A stretch of 64,000 nucleotides of DNA from Candidatus Woesebacteria bacterium (GCA_035402805.1 DAONDY010000001.1:13697-77696); one strand, 5' to 3'. Positions 28,979 to 39,456 are shown, counted from the stretch's first letter. Program-made: numbers and translations. The notes: generated by a model from the sequence alone, not told the origin.

Positions 28979-29007
28979 TTGACACTATCTAGCACTCGGT
29001 CTATTAT
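28979..29007 (+). promoter_or_regulatory. Sigma-70-like promoter of the hrcA operon (TTGACA-17-TATTAT) with a CIRCE-like half-site in the spacer
   Basis: -35 TTGACA 28979-28984; -10 TATTAT 29002-29007; hrcA ATG at 29017, so a near-leaderless transcript. CTAGCACTC (28989-28997) matches 8/9 of the CIRCE arm TTAGCACTC. A partner arm GAGTGATAT lies at 28963-28971. Confidence 0.4.
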
Positions 29008-29016
29008 ATTGCTAAT

Positions 29017-29754
29017 ATGTCAGATTTAACTCAAAGACAAATAAAAATACTTAAATGTATTGCCGAGGAATTTATTGAAACTGCTTCTCCTGTAGGTTCT
29101 GAAACCCTCGAAAAAAAATATTCTTTAGGTATTTCTTCTGCCACCATCAGAAATGAAATGATGGCTCTTACTCAACTCGGTTTTTTAAAAAAAGGCCATC
29201 TTTCTTCCGGCCGTACTCCGACCTCTATGGGCCTTAAGTATTATGTCCGCAACTTAATGACTCCGAAAAATTTATCTGTTAATGATGAAATTGGCGCCAA
29301 AGAAAAGATTTGGGAGTTTAGAAATGAATTTGATCGCTTACTTCGTGAAACTACTAAAGAATTAGCTGTTCGCACTCGTTCTATGGCTATTGCCACTACT
29401 GACCATGGCACTATTTACAGTTATGGTGCTTCAAACTTATTGGAAGAACCAGAATTTTTTAATATTGATGTCACCAAAACCGTTTTGTCTTTAATTGATA
29501 ACACTACTTTTTGGTTTGAAATCATCAATAAAGCCGGCAATCTTAATCCCGAGTCACCAGAAATTGTTCACCTTCTAATTGGTGAAGATTTAGGTTTGGA
29601 ACATCTTGAACCTTGCGGTTTTGTTTATCAAAATTACGAAGCCGGTCCTCACCGAGGTATTGTTGGTGTCATTGGTCCAGCTCGTTGCCATTATCCTTAC
29701 GTTGTTCCGGTCGTTGACTATTTTGCCGAACTTCTTTCAACTATTAGTCGTTAA
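29017..29754 (+). CDS. hrcA: Heat-inducible transcription repressor HrcA (short form)
   Basis: 245 aa. The N-terminal winged helix QRQIKILKCIAEEFIETASPVGSETL is HrcA-like. Lies upstream of grpE-dnaK-dnaJ. Confidence 0.75.
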   Translation: MSDLTQRQIKILKCIAEEFIETASPVGSETLEKKYSLGISSATIRNEMMALTQLGFLKKGHLSSGRTPTSMGLKYYVRNLMTPKNLSVNDEIGAKEKIWEFRNEFDRLLRETTKELAVRTRSMAIATTDHGTIYSYGASNLLEEPEFFNIDVTKTVLSLIDNTTFWFEIINKAGNLNPESPEIVHLLIGEDLGLEHLEPCGFVYQNYEAGPHRGIVGVIGPARCHYPYVVPVVDYFAELLSTISR

Positions 29755-29762
29755 TCAAAATT

Positions 29763-30230
29763 ATGACAGACAAAAAAAGTAAAACCATTAATGTTAAAAC
29801 ATCTCAATTATTAGATAAAGTAAATTCTCTTGAAGATAAATTAGCCAGATCTTTGGCTGATTACTCTAATCTTGAAAAAAGAATTGAAAGCCAGCGCCAA
29901 TTATTTGTCACTTTAGCCACTACTTCAATTTTAAGTAAAATGGTTGAAGTCTTGGATGATTTTTACTTGGCTCAGAAACATCTTAATGATCAAGGTCTAA
30001 AAATGGCCATTGATAAATTCAATTCAGTTTTAAAAGTCGAAGGACTTGAAGAAATTAACCCACAACAACTAGAATTTGACCCTCAATCTATGGAGTGTGT
30101 CGAGGCAGTCGACGGCCGAGAAAACTTTGTAGTTGAAGTCAAAAAACTAGGTTATAAATTAAACGGCCATGTCATCAGACCGGCCCAAGTATCAGTTGGT
30201 AAAACCGCTGATAAAACTATTATTAATTAA
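29763..30230 (+). CDS. grpE: Nucleotide exchange factor GrpE
   Basis: 155 aa: coiled-coil N-terminus and a beta-rich C-terminus. Position between hrcA and dnaK. Confidence 0.75.
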   Translation: MTDKKSKTINVKTSQLLDKVNSLEDKLARSLADYSNLEKRIESQRQLFVTLATTSILSKMVEVLDDFYLAQKHLNDQGLKMAIDKFNSVLKVEGLEEINPQQLEFDPQSMECVEAVDGRENFVVEVKKLGYKLNGHVIRPAQVSVGKTADKTIIN

Positions 30231-30244
30231 TTATTATTAAAACT

Positions 30245-32146
30245 ATGTCAAACAAAATAATCGGAATAGATTTGGGAACCACTAACTCCTGCGTTGCTGT
30301 TATGGAAGGTGGTAAGCCAAAAGTTATTATCAGTTCTGAAGGTCGCAATACTATCCCTTCAGTTGTTGAACCAGTCAAAAAATTAGTTGGTGATTTGGCT
30401 AAGCGCCAAATGGTTCTTAATTCACAAAACACTGTTTATAGTGTTAAGCGTTTAATGGGCCGCCGCATGGACGATCCTGAAGTCAAAAAGACTCAAACCG
30501 TCGCTCCTTATAAAATAGTGGCAGGTAAGGATAATACTGCTTCTGTCGAAATTAGTGGTAAAGCTTATACTCCTCAAGAAATTTCAGCTATGATTTTACA
30601 AAAATGTAAAGCCGATGCTGAAAAATATTTAGGTGAAAAAGTAACCGACGCTGTTATTACTGTTCCTGCTTATTTTGATGATGCTCAAAGACAAGCCACT
30701 AAACAAGCTGGCGAAATTGCTGGCCTTAATGTTCAGCGTATTGTCAACGAACCAACCGCTGCTGCTTTAGCCTATGGTTTGGATAAAAAAGTTAATGAAT
30801 TAGTTGCTGTCTATGATTTGGGTGGAGGTACTTTTGATATTTCTATTCTTGAAATTGGTGATGGTATTTTTGAAGTTAAATCTACTAATGGTGATACTTT
30901 CCTTGGCGGAGATGACTTTGATCAAAAAATTATTACTTGGATTACTGATGATTTTCAAAAGCAGAATGGTGTTGATTTAAGTAAAGATCCTCAGGCTTTA
31001 CAACGTGTTCGTGAAGCTGCTGAAAAAGCTAAAATTGAACTTTCTTCTGCCGCTGAAACCGAGATTAATTTGCCATTCATCACTCAAAAAGATGGTCAAC
31101 CTTTGCATTTAACCAAAAAATTGACTCGATCTGAATTGGAAAAATTAGTCGATGAATTAATTCAAAAAACTATTGGTCCAGTTGAAAAAGCTCTCAAAGA
31201 TGCCAAGATTTCTAAATCTGACATTAAAGAAGTTATTATGGTCGGTGGTATGACTCGTATGCCAAAAGTCCAAGAAGTTGTTACCAATTTCTTTGGTAAA
31301 GAACTAAATAATACTGTCAATCCAGATGAAGTCGTTGCTATTGGTGCCGCTGTTCAAGGTGCTGTTTTAACCGGTGAAGTTAAGGATGTCGTTCTTCTCG
31401 ATGTCACTCCATTAACCTTAGGTATTGAAACTGCTGGTGGTGTTCGCACTCCTTTAATTGAGAGAAATACTACCGTTCCTACCAAAAAATCTCAGATTTT
31501 TACTACCTATGCCGACAGTCAGCCACAAGTTGAAATCAACGTTCTTCAAGGTGAACGTCCTATGGCTATTGATAATAAATCTCTTGGTCGTTTCGTTCTA
31601 GACGGCATTCCACCTGCACCTCGTGGTACTCCTCAAATCGAAGTCACTTTTGACATTGATAGTAACGGTATTCTTTCAGTTTCTGCTAAAGATAAAGGCA
31701 CTAATAAAGAACAGCGCATTACTATTCAAAATGCCACTAATCTTAAAGAAGAAGAAATTGAGCAGATGAAAAAAGAAGCCGAAGCTCATGCTCGAGAAGA
31801 TGAAGAGAAAAAAGGTCTCGCCGAATCTCGAAATAAACTTGATGGCACTATTTTCTCTGGTGAAAAAACTTTAAAAGATTTTGCTGATAAAGTTAAACCA
31901 GAAGATAAAGAAAAAATCGAAGCTCAACTTAAAACTGCTCGTGAAGTTTTAACTAAAACTGATGCTAATAAAGACGAACTCGATAAAGCCGCTGAAGATT
32001 TAAATCAGATTCTTCAAACTGTTGGTGCTGCTATTTATCAACAACAACAGCAACCAGGGCCAGAAGCTCAAGGACAACCAACTGCCGAAGAACCAAAAAA
32101 GGCTGATGATAAAAAAGAAGCCGAAGAAGGGGAAGTTGTTCAATAA
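30245..32146 (+). CDS. dnaK: Molecular chaperone DnaK (Hsp70)
   Basis: 633 aa. [22 protein letters not shown] and other Hsp70 signatures. Confidence 0.95.
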   Translation: MSNKIIGIDLGTTNSCVAVMEGGKPKVIISSEGRNTIPSVVEPVKKLVGDLAKRQMVLNSQNTVYSVKRLMGRRMDDPEVKKTQTVAPYKIVAGKDNTASVEISGKAYTPQEISAMILQKCKADAEKYLGEKVTDAVITVPAYFDDAQRQATKQAGEIAGLNVQRIVNEPTAAALAYGLDKKVNELVAVYDLGGGTFDISILEIGDGIFEVKSTNGDTFLGGDDFDQKIITWITDDFQKQNGVDLSKDPQALQRVREAAEKAKIELSSAAETEINLPFITQKDGQPLHLTKKLTRSELEKLVDELIQKTIGPVEKALKDAKISKSDIKEVIMVGGMTRMPKVQEVVTNFFGKELNNTVNPDEVVAIGAAVQGAVLTGEVKDVVLLDVTPLTLGIETAGGVRTPLIERNTTVPTKKSQIFTTYADSQPQVEINVLQGERPMAIDNKSLGRFVLDGIPPAPRGTPQIEVTFDIDSNGILSVSAKDKGTNKEQRITIQNATNLKEEEIEQMKKEAEAHAREDEEKKGLAESRNKLDGTIFSGEKTLKDFADKVKPEDKEKIEAQLKTAREVLTKTDANKDELDKAAEDLNQILQTVGAAIYQQQQQPGPEAQGQPTAEEPKKADDKKEAEEGEVVQ

Positions 32147-32160
32147 AAAATTAGTTAATT

Positions 32161-32188
32161 CAGACATCCCGCAGATGCGGGATGTCTG
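32161..32188 (+). terminator. Strong hairpin after dnaK (12-bp perfect stem CAGACATCCCGC / GCGGGATGTCTG, AGAT loop), with no U-tract
   Basis: Read directly. Followed by TATAAT (32191-32196) 8 nt before the dnaJ ATG. Confidence 0.45.
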
Positions 32189-32204
32189 TGTATAATAAAA
32201 GTCG

Positions 32205-33065
32205 ATGAAAAAAGATTTTTACGAGACTCTTGGAGTTTCCAAAAATGCCACCAAAGATGAAATTAAAAGCGCTTATCGTAAAGCCGCTTTAAAATTTCAT
32301 CCTGATCGCAACAAAGCTCCTGATGCCGAAGAACATTTTAAAGAAATTAACGAAGCCTATGAAGTTTTAAGTAATGACCAAAAGAAATCTGCTTATGACC
32401 AATTTGGCCATGCTGCTTTTGACCCATCTTCAGGCGGAATGGGCGGTCACACTTACACACAACAAAACGGTCCATTTAATTTCACTTATACCCAAGGTGG
32501 TCAAAACCCATTTGAAGATGCCGATTTTGATTTTGGTGGGTTTTCTAATCCTTTCGATATTTTTGAACAATTTTTCGGTGGTGGTTTTAATAATCAAAGA
32601 AGTCAACGCAAACGTCTTGAAACTTACAAAATTTCCATTTCTTTTTTAGATGCCGCCAATGGTTGTCAAAAAGAAGTTTCTGTTGACGGTAAAAAAAGAA
32701 CTATTAAAATTCCCGCCGGTGTCGATGATGGTCAAAAAATCCGTTTTTCTGAGTTTATTTTATACATTGATGTTTTGCCGGACAAAGTCTTTAAACGCGA
32801 AGGAAATGATGTCTATATTAATATTAATATTAGCCTAACTCAAGCCATTTTCGGTGATACCATAGAAGTTTCTACTCTAAAAGATCCTTTAAAAGTTAGA
32901 GTTAAATCAGGCACTCAACCAAACACATTAGTTCGTTTACGAGGTCAAGGAATTAAAGATGTTAATGGCTATGGTCAGGGTGATTTTTATATTCGTCTTT
33001 TTGTTGAAATTCCAACTAAATTGAATTCTCGCCAAAAAGACCTTCTTCGTCAGCTCGATTTGTAA
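32205..33065 (+). CDS. dnaJ: J-domain co-chaperone (DnaJ/CbpA-like) lacking the zinc-finger domain
   Basis: 286 aa. J-domain with HPD (KFHPDRNK), a G/F-rich region and C-terminal beta domains. No CxxCxGxG repeats. Confidence 0.8.
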   Translation: MKKDFYETLGVSKNATKDEIKSAYRKAALKFHPDRNKAPDAEEHFKEINEAYEVLSNDQKKSAYDQFGHAAFDPSSGGMGGHTYTQQNGPFNFTYTQGGQNPFEDADFDFGGFSNPFDIFEQFFGGGFNNQRSQRKRLETYKISISFLDAANGCQKEVSVDGKKRTIKIPAGVDDGQKIRFSEFILYIDVLPDKVFKREGNDVYININISLTQAIFGDTIEVSTLKDPLKVRVKSGTQPNTLVRLRGQGIKDVNGYGQGDFYIRLFVEIPTKLNSRQKDLLRQLDL

Positions 33066-33111
33066 ATTTTCTGGTATAATCTACTCATAATAATTTTGCA
33101 GTGTTTACCTT

Positions 33112-33135
33112 GGGGCCGACAAAGCCCCTTTTTTT
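33112..33135 (+). terminator. Rho-independent terminator/attenuator (GGGGC-CGACAAA-GCCCC followed by T7) in the dnaJ-nusA intergenic region
   Basis: GC stem plus TTTTTTT. A TATAAT lies at 33075-33080 upstream and AAGGAG (33147-33152) precedes the nusA ATG. Confidence 0.6.
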
Positions 33136-33160
33136 ATACTGCATATTTAAGGAGATAAAA

Positions 33161-34141
33161 ATGGATTTAAAAAAACTACCTAAAACAGAGTTTGCTGCCG
33201 CAGTAGCTCAAATCGCCGGCGAAAGAAATATCGACGTTCAATCTATTTTGGACTCAATTGAATTTGGTCTTATCTCTGCCTACAAACGTGATCAAAAAGA
33301 GCACGGTGTCATTATTTCCGAAGAAGATCAATTTACTGCCGAATTAGCCCCAGAATCGGGTTCTTTTAAAGTTTATAAAATAGAAGGTGAAAAAAAGACT
33401 GACGTCACTCCTCCTGGTTTTGGTCGAATTGCCGCTCAAACTGCCAAACAGGTTATTGATCAAAAAATTCATGAAGCTGAAAAAGAAGCTGTCATTATCG
33501 AATTTGAAAAAAAATTAGGCACTCTTATCCCTTGCATTGTTCTTAAAAACGATCCTTATAAAATGGTCGTCGGTGTTGGTAAGACTGAAGGTATTTGTCC
33601 TAAAGATGAACAAATTAGAAATGAAGTCATTCCTCTTGGCACCAAAAAAATGTTTTTATTGAAAGAAATTATTAAAGACGAAACCGGTCGTAGTGAAATT
33701 ATTTTGTCTCGTCGCGACAATTCTTTCATTTCTGAATTATTCTCTCGAGAAGTTCCTGAAGTTGCTAATGGTTCAGTTGTGATTGAAAAAATAGCCAGAG
33801 CCGCCGGTGAAAGAACTAAAATTGCTGTTTCTTCAAATCAACCAGGAATTGATCCTGTCGGTTCTTGTATCGGTCAAAAAGGCTCTCGTATTCAGGCCAT
33901 TTTAAGTGAACTACCTAACGATGAAAAAGTCGATGTTGTCGCTTTTTCAAAAAATTTAAGTCAATTTATTGCCCAAGCTCTTTCTCCAGCTCAAAATGTC
34001 AAAGTTGTTGAAATTGGCAAAAACTATGCCAACGTTACTGTTCCTGAATCTCAATTAGCCCTGGCTATTGGTGGTGGCGGTGAAAACGTTCGTTTAGCTG
34101 GTCAATTAGTCGATCTTGAAATTAAACTAACCCAAGAATAA
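33161..34141 (+). CDS. nusA: Transcription termination/antitermination factor NusA
   Basis: Track ORF trimmed to MDLKKLPKTEFAAAVAQIAGERNIDV..., preceded by an AAGGAG RBS. Has the NusA N-terminal domain and S1/KH architecture. Confidence 0.85.
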   Translation: MDLKKLPKTEFAAAVAQIAGERNIDVQSILDSIEFGLISAYKRDQKEHGVIISEEDQFTAELAPESGSFKVYKIEGEKKTDVTPPGFGRIAAQTAKQVIDQKIHEAEKEAVIIEFEKKLGTLIPCIVLKNDPYKMVVGVGKTEGICPKDEQIRNEVIPLGTKKMFLLKEIIKDETGRSEIILSRRDNSFISELFSREVPEVANGSVVIEKIARAAGERTKIAVSSNQPGIDPVGSCIGQKGSRIQAILSELPNDEKVDVVAFSKNLSQFIAQALSPAQNVKVVEIGKNYANVTVPESQLALAIGGGGENVRLAGQLVDLEIKLTQE

Positions 34142-34169
34142 TTTTGGGTTTTATTCATTAAAAATCAAT

Positions 34170-35579
34170 ATGACTAACACTACAAAATTAACTCGTCCTC
34201 CAATTGTGGCTGTTATGGGTCATATTGATCACGGTAAAACTACTCTTTTAGATAAGATTCGTTCCACTAACGTTTGGAAAAAAGAAGCCGGTGGTATTAC
34301 TCAACACATTGGTGCTTATCAAGCCAAAGGTATCACTTTCATTGATACTCCTGGCCATGCCGCCTTTATTAATATGCGTGCCTGTGGTGCCAAAGCCACG
34401 GATATTGTGGTTCTGGTGGTTTCTGCCGTTGAAGGTATTATGCCTCAAACCAAAGAATGTCTTGAGCATATTAAAAAAAGCAATCTGCCTTTCATCGTGG
34501 CCATGAACAAAATGGATTTGGAAAATGCTTCTCCTGATAAGGTTAAAGGCCAATTAGTTGAATTAGGTTTTACTCCTGAAGAATATGGTGGCCAAACCGC
34601 CGTTATTCCCGTTTCTGCTAAAACTGGTAAAGGTATCGACAATCTTTTAGAAATGATTCTTTTAAATGCCGAAATTTTGGAATTAACTGCCGATCCTAAG
34701 GGTGATTTAGATGCTATTATCATTGAATCCCGTCTCGATAAAAGTCGTGGCCCAGTTGCCTCTCTGATAGTAAAAAATGGCACCCTTAAACTTGGGGATA
34801 TTGTCTATTCGGAAGATATTTATTGTAAAGTTAAAGCTTTAATTGACTGTTATGGTCAACAATTAAAGGAAGCTGGCCCTGGCACTCCAGTTGAAGTTTT
34901 AGGTTTTGAAAAAGTTCCCTCGGTTAGTAGTCAAGTTATTTCCACTAAAACTGAATGTACCTCTTCAGCCAAAGATCATAAAATTTTATTAGAATCTACC
35001 GAAGAAAATCCTAAATTAAAAGTCATTCTAAAAGCCGATGTTAAGGGAACATTAGAGGCTTTAGAGAACAGTTTTAATGATGATGTTATCGTAATATCTT
35101 GTGGTATTGGTGCCGTTTCTGATAACGACGTTTTTCTCGCCGAAGCCGCCAAAGCCCAAATTTTTGCTTTTAATGTTTCCACCCCAAAACACATTTCTCA
35201 GATTGCAGAAAATGCCAAGGTTCGTATTTTTGAATCCAAAATTATTTATGAAATTATCGAAGATATTCAAAATCAAGTTCTCCATTTACTTGAACCAACT
35301 ATTGATGAAACAGTTCTTGGTGAAGGCTTGATTAAAGCCGAGTTTAAAATTGATAAGGTTCGAATTTCTGGTGTTCAGTGTATTAAAGGTGAAATTAGCA
35401 AAGGGGATTTAATCCATCTTAAACGTGATGGAAAAATCATTAAAGATACTAAAGTTGATGGTATCCATCAAGGCAAAAACATCGTTGAAAAATTAAAATC
35501 TGGGACTGATTGCGGTATGACTTTTAAGCCTTATATTGACTTTAAGGTTGGGGATGGTATAATAGCCTATAAGAATTAA
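34170..35579 (+). CDS. infB: Translation initiation factor IF-2 (short form beginning at the G domain)
   Basis: 469 aa. [22 protein letters not shown]-motifs and a C-terminal beta-barrel. No N-terminal extension. Confidence 0.85.
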   Translation: MTNTTKLTRPPIVAVMGHIDHGKTTLLDKIRSTNVWKKEAGGITQHIGAYQAKGITFIDTPGHAAFINMRACGAKATDIVVLVVSAVEGIMPQTKECLEHIKKSNLPFIVAMNKMDLENASPDKVKGQLVELGFTPEEYGGQTAVIPVSAKTGKGIDNLLEMILLNAEILELTADPKGDLDAIIIESRLDKSRGPVASLIVKNGTLKLGDIVYSEDIYCKVKALIDCYGQQLKEAGPGTPVEVLGFEKVPSVSSQVISTKTECTSSAKDHKILLESTEENPKLKVILKADVKGTLEALENSFNDDVIVISCGIGAVSDNDVFLAEAAKAQIFAFNVSTPKHISQIAENAKVRIFESKIIYEIIEDIQNQVLHLLEPTIDETVLGEGLIKAEFKIDKVRISGVQCIKGEISKGDLIHLKRDGKIIKDTKVDGIHQGKNIVEKLKSGTDCGMTFKPYIDFKVGDGIIAYKN

Positions 35580-35605
35580 CAAAATTAAAAACAAGCAGGG
35601 TTTTT

Positions 35606-36301
35606 ATGAAAAAATATAATGTCTCTGAAGCTAAAAATTTACTTTCCACAGCTAAAACAGCCCTAATTGCCGTACCTCAACTTAATGTTGATTCAATTGG
35701 CTCAGCTTTGGCTTTAGCTTTGCTTTTAAAAAGATCCAATATTACCGTTAAAGTTTTTTGTCCTCAAAAAACTGATGCTAATTACACTAAATTAAGTGGA
35801 CTTGAACTTTTAACCGATATTTATAATCCTAATGATTTAATTGTTACCTTAGACTATCCTTTAGATCAAATTGAAAAAGTTACCTATAATCAAGATGGTG
35901 GCAAGCTAAATTTAGTTGTTCAAACCAAAGATGGTTCTCCAAAAGTTGCTGAAAACCAAATTTTAATTAGTAACCAAGCTGCCACTGCCGATATTAATTT
36001 CTGTCTTGGTGAGGAATCTCTTTTAGGTGCCAACTCCAACATTGTTAATAAAGGTAATTGGATTAATATTTCTCCATCTATAGTCGAAAAACCATGGGCT
36101 AAGGTAAATATTATCGACCAAGATGCTCCATTCTCTGAAATTTTAACTTTCTTATTACCTATGCTTGGCTTGGAATTAAACCCAGATTCAGCTAAAAATC
36201 TTTTAATTGCTCTTAGAGTTGCCACTCAGTCCTTCTCTATCAATGTTTCTCCAGAAACATTTGAAGCTGGTGCTGTCTGTCTTCGTGCTACCCAAGCTTA
36301 A
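35606..36301 (+). CDS. DHH-family (NrnA-like) domain protein with degenerate catalytic motifs, lacking DHHA1
   Basis: 231 aa. VDSIGSALALALLLK resembles the NrnA DxDxxGSxLALAL region, but DHH is replaced (IDQD). Occupies the rbfA/nrnA slot between infB and rpsO. Confidence 0.4.
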   Translation: MKKYNVSEAKNLLSTAKTALIAVPQLNVDSIGSALALALLLKRSNITVKVFCPQKTDANYTKLSGLELLTDIYNPNDLIVTLDYPLDQIEKVTYNQDGGKLNLVVQTKDGSPKVAENQILISNQAATADINFCLGEESLLGANSNIVNKGNWINISPSIVEKPWAKVNIIDQDAPFSEILTFLLPMLGLELNPDSAKNLLIALRVATQSFSINVSPETFEAGAVCLRATQA

Positions 36302-36392
36302 TTTCCGTGTTATAATCGTTTCTGACTATATTCGGTCTTTTGGTAGCCATTCCAAAACATTAATTTTTAACCGATGATAGCCGCATAATTCT

Positions 36393-36662
36393 ATGGCATT
36401 AACCAAAGAAGAAAAACAAGAAATTATTACTAAGTTTGCTCAAGATAAGGGTGACACCGGTTCTCCAGAAGTTCAAATCGCTATTTTAACCAAAGAAATC
36501 GATAAATTGCAGAGTCATTTGACCGAAAATAAACACGATTCTCCGGCTAAGCGTGGTATTTTAAGCAAAATTTCCAAAAGACGACGTTTGCTTCGTTATG
36601 TCTCGGCTCATAGCCCTGAAAGATATACCGAAATAACCAAAGCTCTTGGTCTAAAAAAATAA
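36393..36662 (+). CDS. rpsO: 30S ribosomal protein S15
   Basis: 89 aa. EVQIAILTKEIDKLQSHL...RRRLLRYV, the S15 signature. Confidence 0.9.
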   Translation: MALTKEEKQEIITKFAQDKGDTGSPEVQIAILTKEIDKLQSHLTENKHDSPAKRGILSKISKRRRLLRYVSAHSPERYTEITKALGLKK

Positions 36663-36685
36663 TTCTGTTCGTTTATAATTAATTT

Positions 36686-38905
36686 ATGGAAATGTATACA
36701 AAAGATATTTTGGTTGGCGATAAAAAAATTACCCTTCAAACTGGTAAACTCGCTCCTCAAACAAATGCCTCTGTCGTGGCTCAATACGGCAATACTACTG
36801 TTTTAGCTACCGTTATTATGGGCAAAACAGATGATTCAAAGGATTATTTTCCTTTATCTATCGAATTTGTCGACAAGCTTTATGCTGGTGGCATCGTTAA
36901 AGGTGGAAAATGGATTAAGCGTGATGGTGGTCCTTCTGATAGTGCTGTCCTTTTTGGCCGAATTATTGATCGATCCCTTCGTCCTCTTTTCCCTGGCGAC
37001 TTTATGAATGAAGTTCAAATTATCGCTACTGTTTTAAGTAATGATAAAGATAATGATGTTGTTATTCCCGCTTTCACTGCCGCCGCCGCTGCTTTAGCCA
37101 TTTCTGATATTCCTTTTAATGGTCCAGTTTCTGCCGTTCGTGTTGGTTATATTAATGATCAACTAGTTTTAAATCCATCCATTAAAGAATTAGAAAATTC
37201 TAATATGGATCTTTTAGTTTGTACCGGTCTTAATGGTGTCAATATGATTGAATGCGACGCTAATATTGTTGCCAATGATATTGCCTTAAAAGGTATTGAA
37301 TTAGCTAAAAATACTAGTGATGAAATAAATAAAGAAATTACCGAATGGGCAAAAACTTGTGGTAAAGCCAAAATCAGTTATGAATCAGCTGGTCCTTCCG
37401 ATGAACTAGTAAACGAAATCGAATCTAAAATTAAAGCCGATGTTGAAGCCTTTTTAGAAGCTGGTGTTGATGGTTCACATATGGTTGGTCAAGAAAAAAT
37501 TGTTGATCAAATTTTAGAAGACTATAAAGATAAAATTGAGTCCGAAGAGGTTTCTAAAAATCATTTAGTCGCTGCCGTTGATTCAATTATTAGAAAATAT
37601 TTACGTCAAAGGGCTTTAAAAGGTATTCGTTTTGATCATCGTAAAATGGACGAAATCAGACCTTTAACTATCGAGGCTGGTGTTCTTCCATGTGTTCACG
37701 GTTCTGCCTTTTTTCAAAGAGGCTTAACTCAGGCAATCACAGTCACCACCCTTGCTCCTTTATCTGAAAGACAATATTTAGAAGATTCTAGTGGCGAAAC
37801 CACCAAAAGATATCTTCATTATTATTCTGCTCAGCCATTTTCTACTGGCCAAACCGGTCGAGTTGGTCGTCCTGGTCGTCGTGAAATCGGTCATGGCGCT
37901 CTTGCCGAAAAAGCCTTAATTCCCGTTATTCCCACTGAAGAAGAATTTCCATATACTATTGTTTTAACTTCTGAAGTTTTATCTCAAAATGGTTCTTCTT
38001 CTATGGCTTCTACTTGTGGTTCCACCATGTCTCTTATGGATGCTGGTGTCCCTATCAAAGACAAAGTCGCTGGAATTTCCATTGGTTTAGTTGCTGAAAC
38101 CGATGATAATTATGTTCTTTTAACCGACATTGCTGGCACTGAAGACCACAATGGTGACATGGATTTTAAAATCACTGGCACCAGAAATGGCATCACTGCT
38201 ATTCAATTAGACATCAAAAGAGCCGGTCTTACCTTAAAGATGATTGCCGACACATTTGTCGCTTCCACTAAAGCCAGACTTCAAATTTTAGACAAGATGG
38301 AATCAGTTTTGGCTGCCCCACGAGCCGAACTTTCTGAATTTGCTCCAAAGATTAAAATGGTCACTTTACCAGAAGATAAAATTGGTGAAGTTATCGGTAG
38401 CGGTGGTAAAACTATCAAAGCTTTAATGGAAAAATATGATGTTCAAATTGACATCGACGATGATGGTAAAGCTTCAATTTCTTCCCAAAATCAGGAAAAT
38501 ATTGATAAGGCCGCTTATGAAATTGAATCTATGATCAAAGAAGTTCAAATTGGTGAAGACTATGAAGGCGTTGTTACTCGAGTTGAAAATTTTGGCGCTT
38601 TCGTTGAGTTCTTACCAGGTCGCGAAGCTCTTCTTCACGTATCTGAAATGACTGGTGGATTTTTATCCGACCCTTCAACAATTATCAAAGTTGGCGATCG
38701 ATTGAACGTTAAAATTGCTGGATTTAATGATAATCACCAAATAAAATTATCTTCCCCAGAATTTAAAGCTGCTCATCCAGGCTTGCCTCGACAACAGGCG
38801 GGTCAGCCTCGTTCAGAAGGTCAGGATAATCGTACTAGTGGTTTTAAAAATTTTACCCCACCTCGCAAAGATAATAATCGTGCTGGCTTCCGCCCTCGTC
38901 GATAA
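36686..38905 (+). CDS. pnp: Polyribonucleotide nucleotidyltransferase (PNPase)
   Basis: 739 aa. Two RNase PH domains, then KH (GSGGKTIKAL) and S1 domains, with a basic R/G-rich tail. Confidence 0.9.
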   Translation: MEMYTKDILVGDKKITLQTGKLAPQTNASVVAQYGNTTVLATVIMGKTDDSKDYFPLSIEFVDKLYAGGIVKGGKWIKRDGGPSDSAVLFGRIIDRSLRPLFPGDFMNEVQIIATVLSNDKDNDVVIPAFTAAAAALAISDIPFNGPVSAVRVGYINDQLVLNPSIKELENSNMDLLVCTGLNGVNMIECDANIVANDIALKGIELAKNTSDEINKEITEWAKTCGKAKISYESAGPSDELVNEIESKIKADVEAFLEAGVDGSHMVGQEKIVDQILEDYKDKIESEEVSKNHLVAAVDSIIRKYLRQRALKGIRFDHRKMDEIRPLTIEAGVLPCVHGSAFFQRGLTQAITVTTLAPLSERQYLEDSSGETTKRYLHYYSAQPFSTGQTGRVGRPGRREIGHGALAEKALIPVIPTEEEFPYTIVLTSEVLSQNGSSSMASTCGSTMSLMDAGVPIKDKVAGISIGLVAETDDNYVLLTDIAGTEDHNGDMDFKITGTRNGITAIQLDIKRAGLTLKMIADTFVASTKARLQILDKMESVLAAPRAELSEFAPKIKMVTLPEDKIGEVIGSGGKTIKALMEKYDVQIDIDDDGKASISSQNQENIDKAAYEIESMIKEVQIGEDYEGVVTRVENFGAFVEFLPGREALLHVSEMTGGFLSDPSTIIKVGDRLNVKIAGFNDNHQIKLSSPEFKAAHPGLPRQQAGQPRSEGQDNRTSGFKNFTPPRKDNNRAGFRPRR

Positions 38906-38917
38906 GTTATAATCAAA

Positions 38918-39439
38918 TTGATGTCTAAGGAAGTTTCTAAATGGATCGGTATTAGTGGCAGTTGGCGTGCTACCAGTTCTGAAATTGAAAATAATGTTCG
39001 AACTCAAGTTCGAGATATTATAAATGAAGGAAATGGTATCGTTACCGGCGGAGCCTTAAATGTTGATTATCAAGCAGCAGATGAAGTTCGTAAACTTAAT
39101 GCTCTGGATCAACTAAAAGTTTTTCTACCAGTTAGTTTGGATCTTTTTGTGGATCATTATCGTCGCCGTGCCACTGAAGGGGTTGTTACCTCTAAACAAG
39201 CTGATGATGTTATTGAACAATTAACCAGTATTAAACGACTAAATCCTAATAGCATTATTGAAAATACGATTGAAACAACTGTTGATAAAGATTCTTATTA
39301 TCGTCGAAATTCTGAAGTTGTAAATGCTTCCGATGAATTATTAGCTTTCCAAGTTAATCAAAGTCAAGGAACTCAAGACACAATTGATAAAGCTAAAGAA
39401 AAAGGAATACCTGTCAAAGTCTTTTCTTATACCTTATAA
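38918..39439 (+). CDS. DprA/Smf-like Rossmann-fold (SLOG) domain protein, stand-alone
   Basis: 173 aa. IGISGSW...IVTGGALNVDYQAADEV...LKVFLPVSLD...ELLAFQVNQSQGTQDTIDKAKEKGIPVKVF parallels the DprA core (IVGSR...VSGGARGIDxAAH...AVLGxGLD...LVVEAxxxSGSLITA...GRxVFAVPG). No SAM or winged-helix extensions. Confidence 0.4.
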   Translation: MMSKEVSKWIGISGSWRATSSEIENNVRTQVRDIINEGNGIVTGGALNVDYQAADEVRKLNALDQLKVFLPVSLDLFVDHYRRRATEGVVTSKQADDVIEQLTSIKRLNPNSIIENTIETTVDKDSYYRRNSEVVNASDELLAFQVNQSQGTQDTIDKAKEKGIPVKVFSYTL

Positions 39440-39456
39440 AAACTTATACTTAAAAT

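Noticed and set aside
28963-28997. Canonical CIRCE (TTAGCACTC-N9-GAGTGCTAA) upstream of hrcA
   Set aside because: Only one good arm is present, and the partner is in swapped order with a 17-nt spacer. It is reported as an atypical CIRCE-like site rather than a canonical operator.
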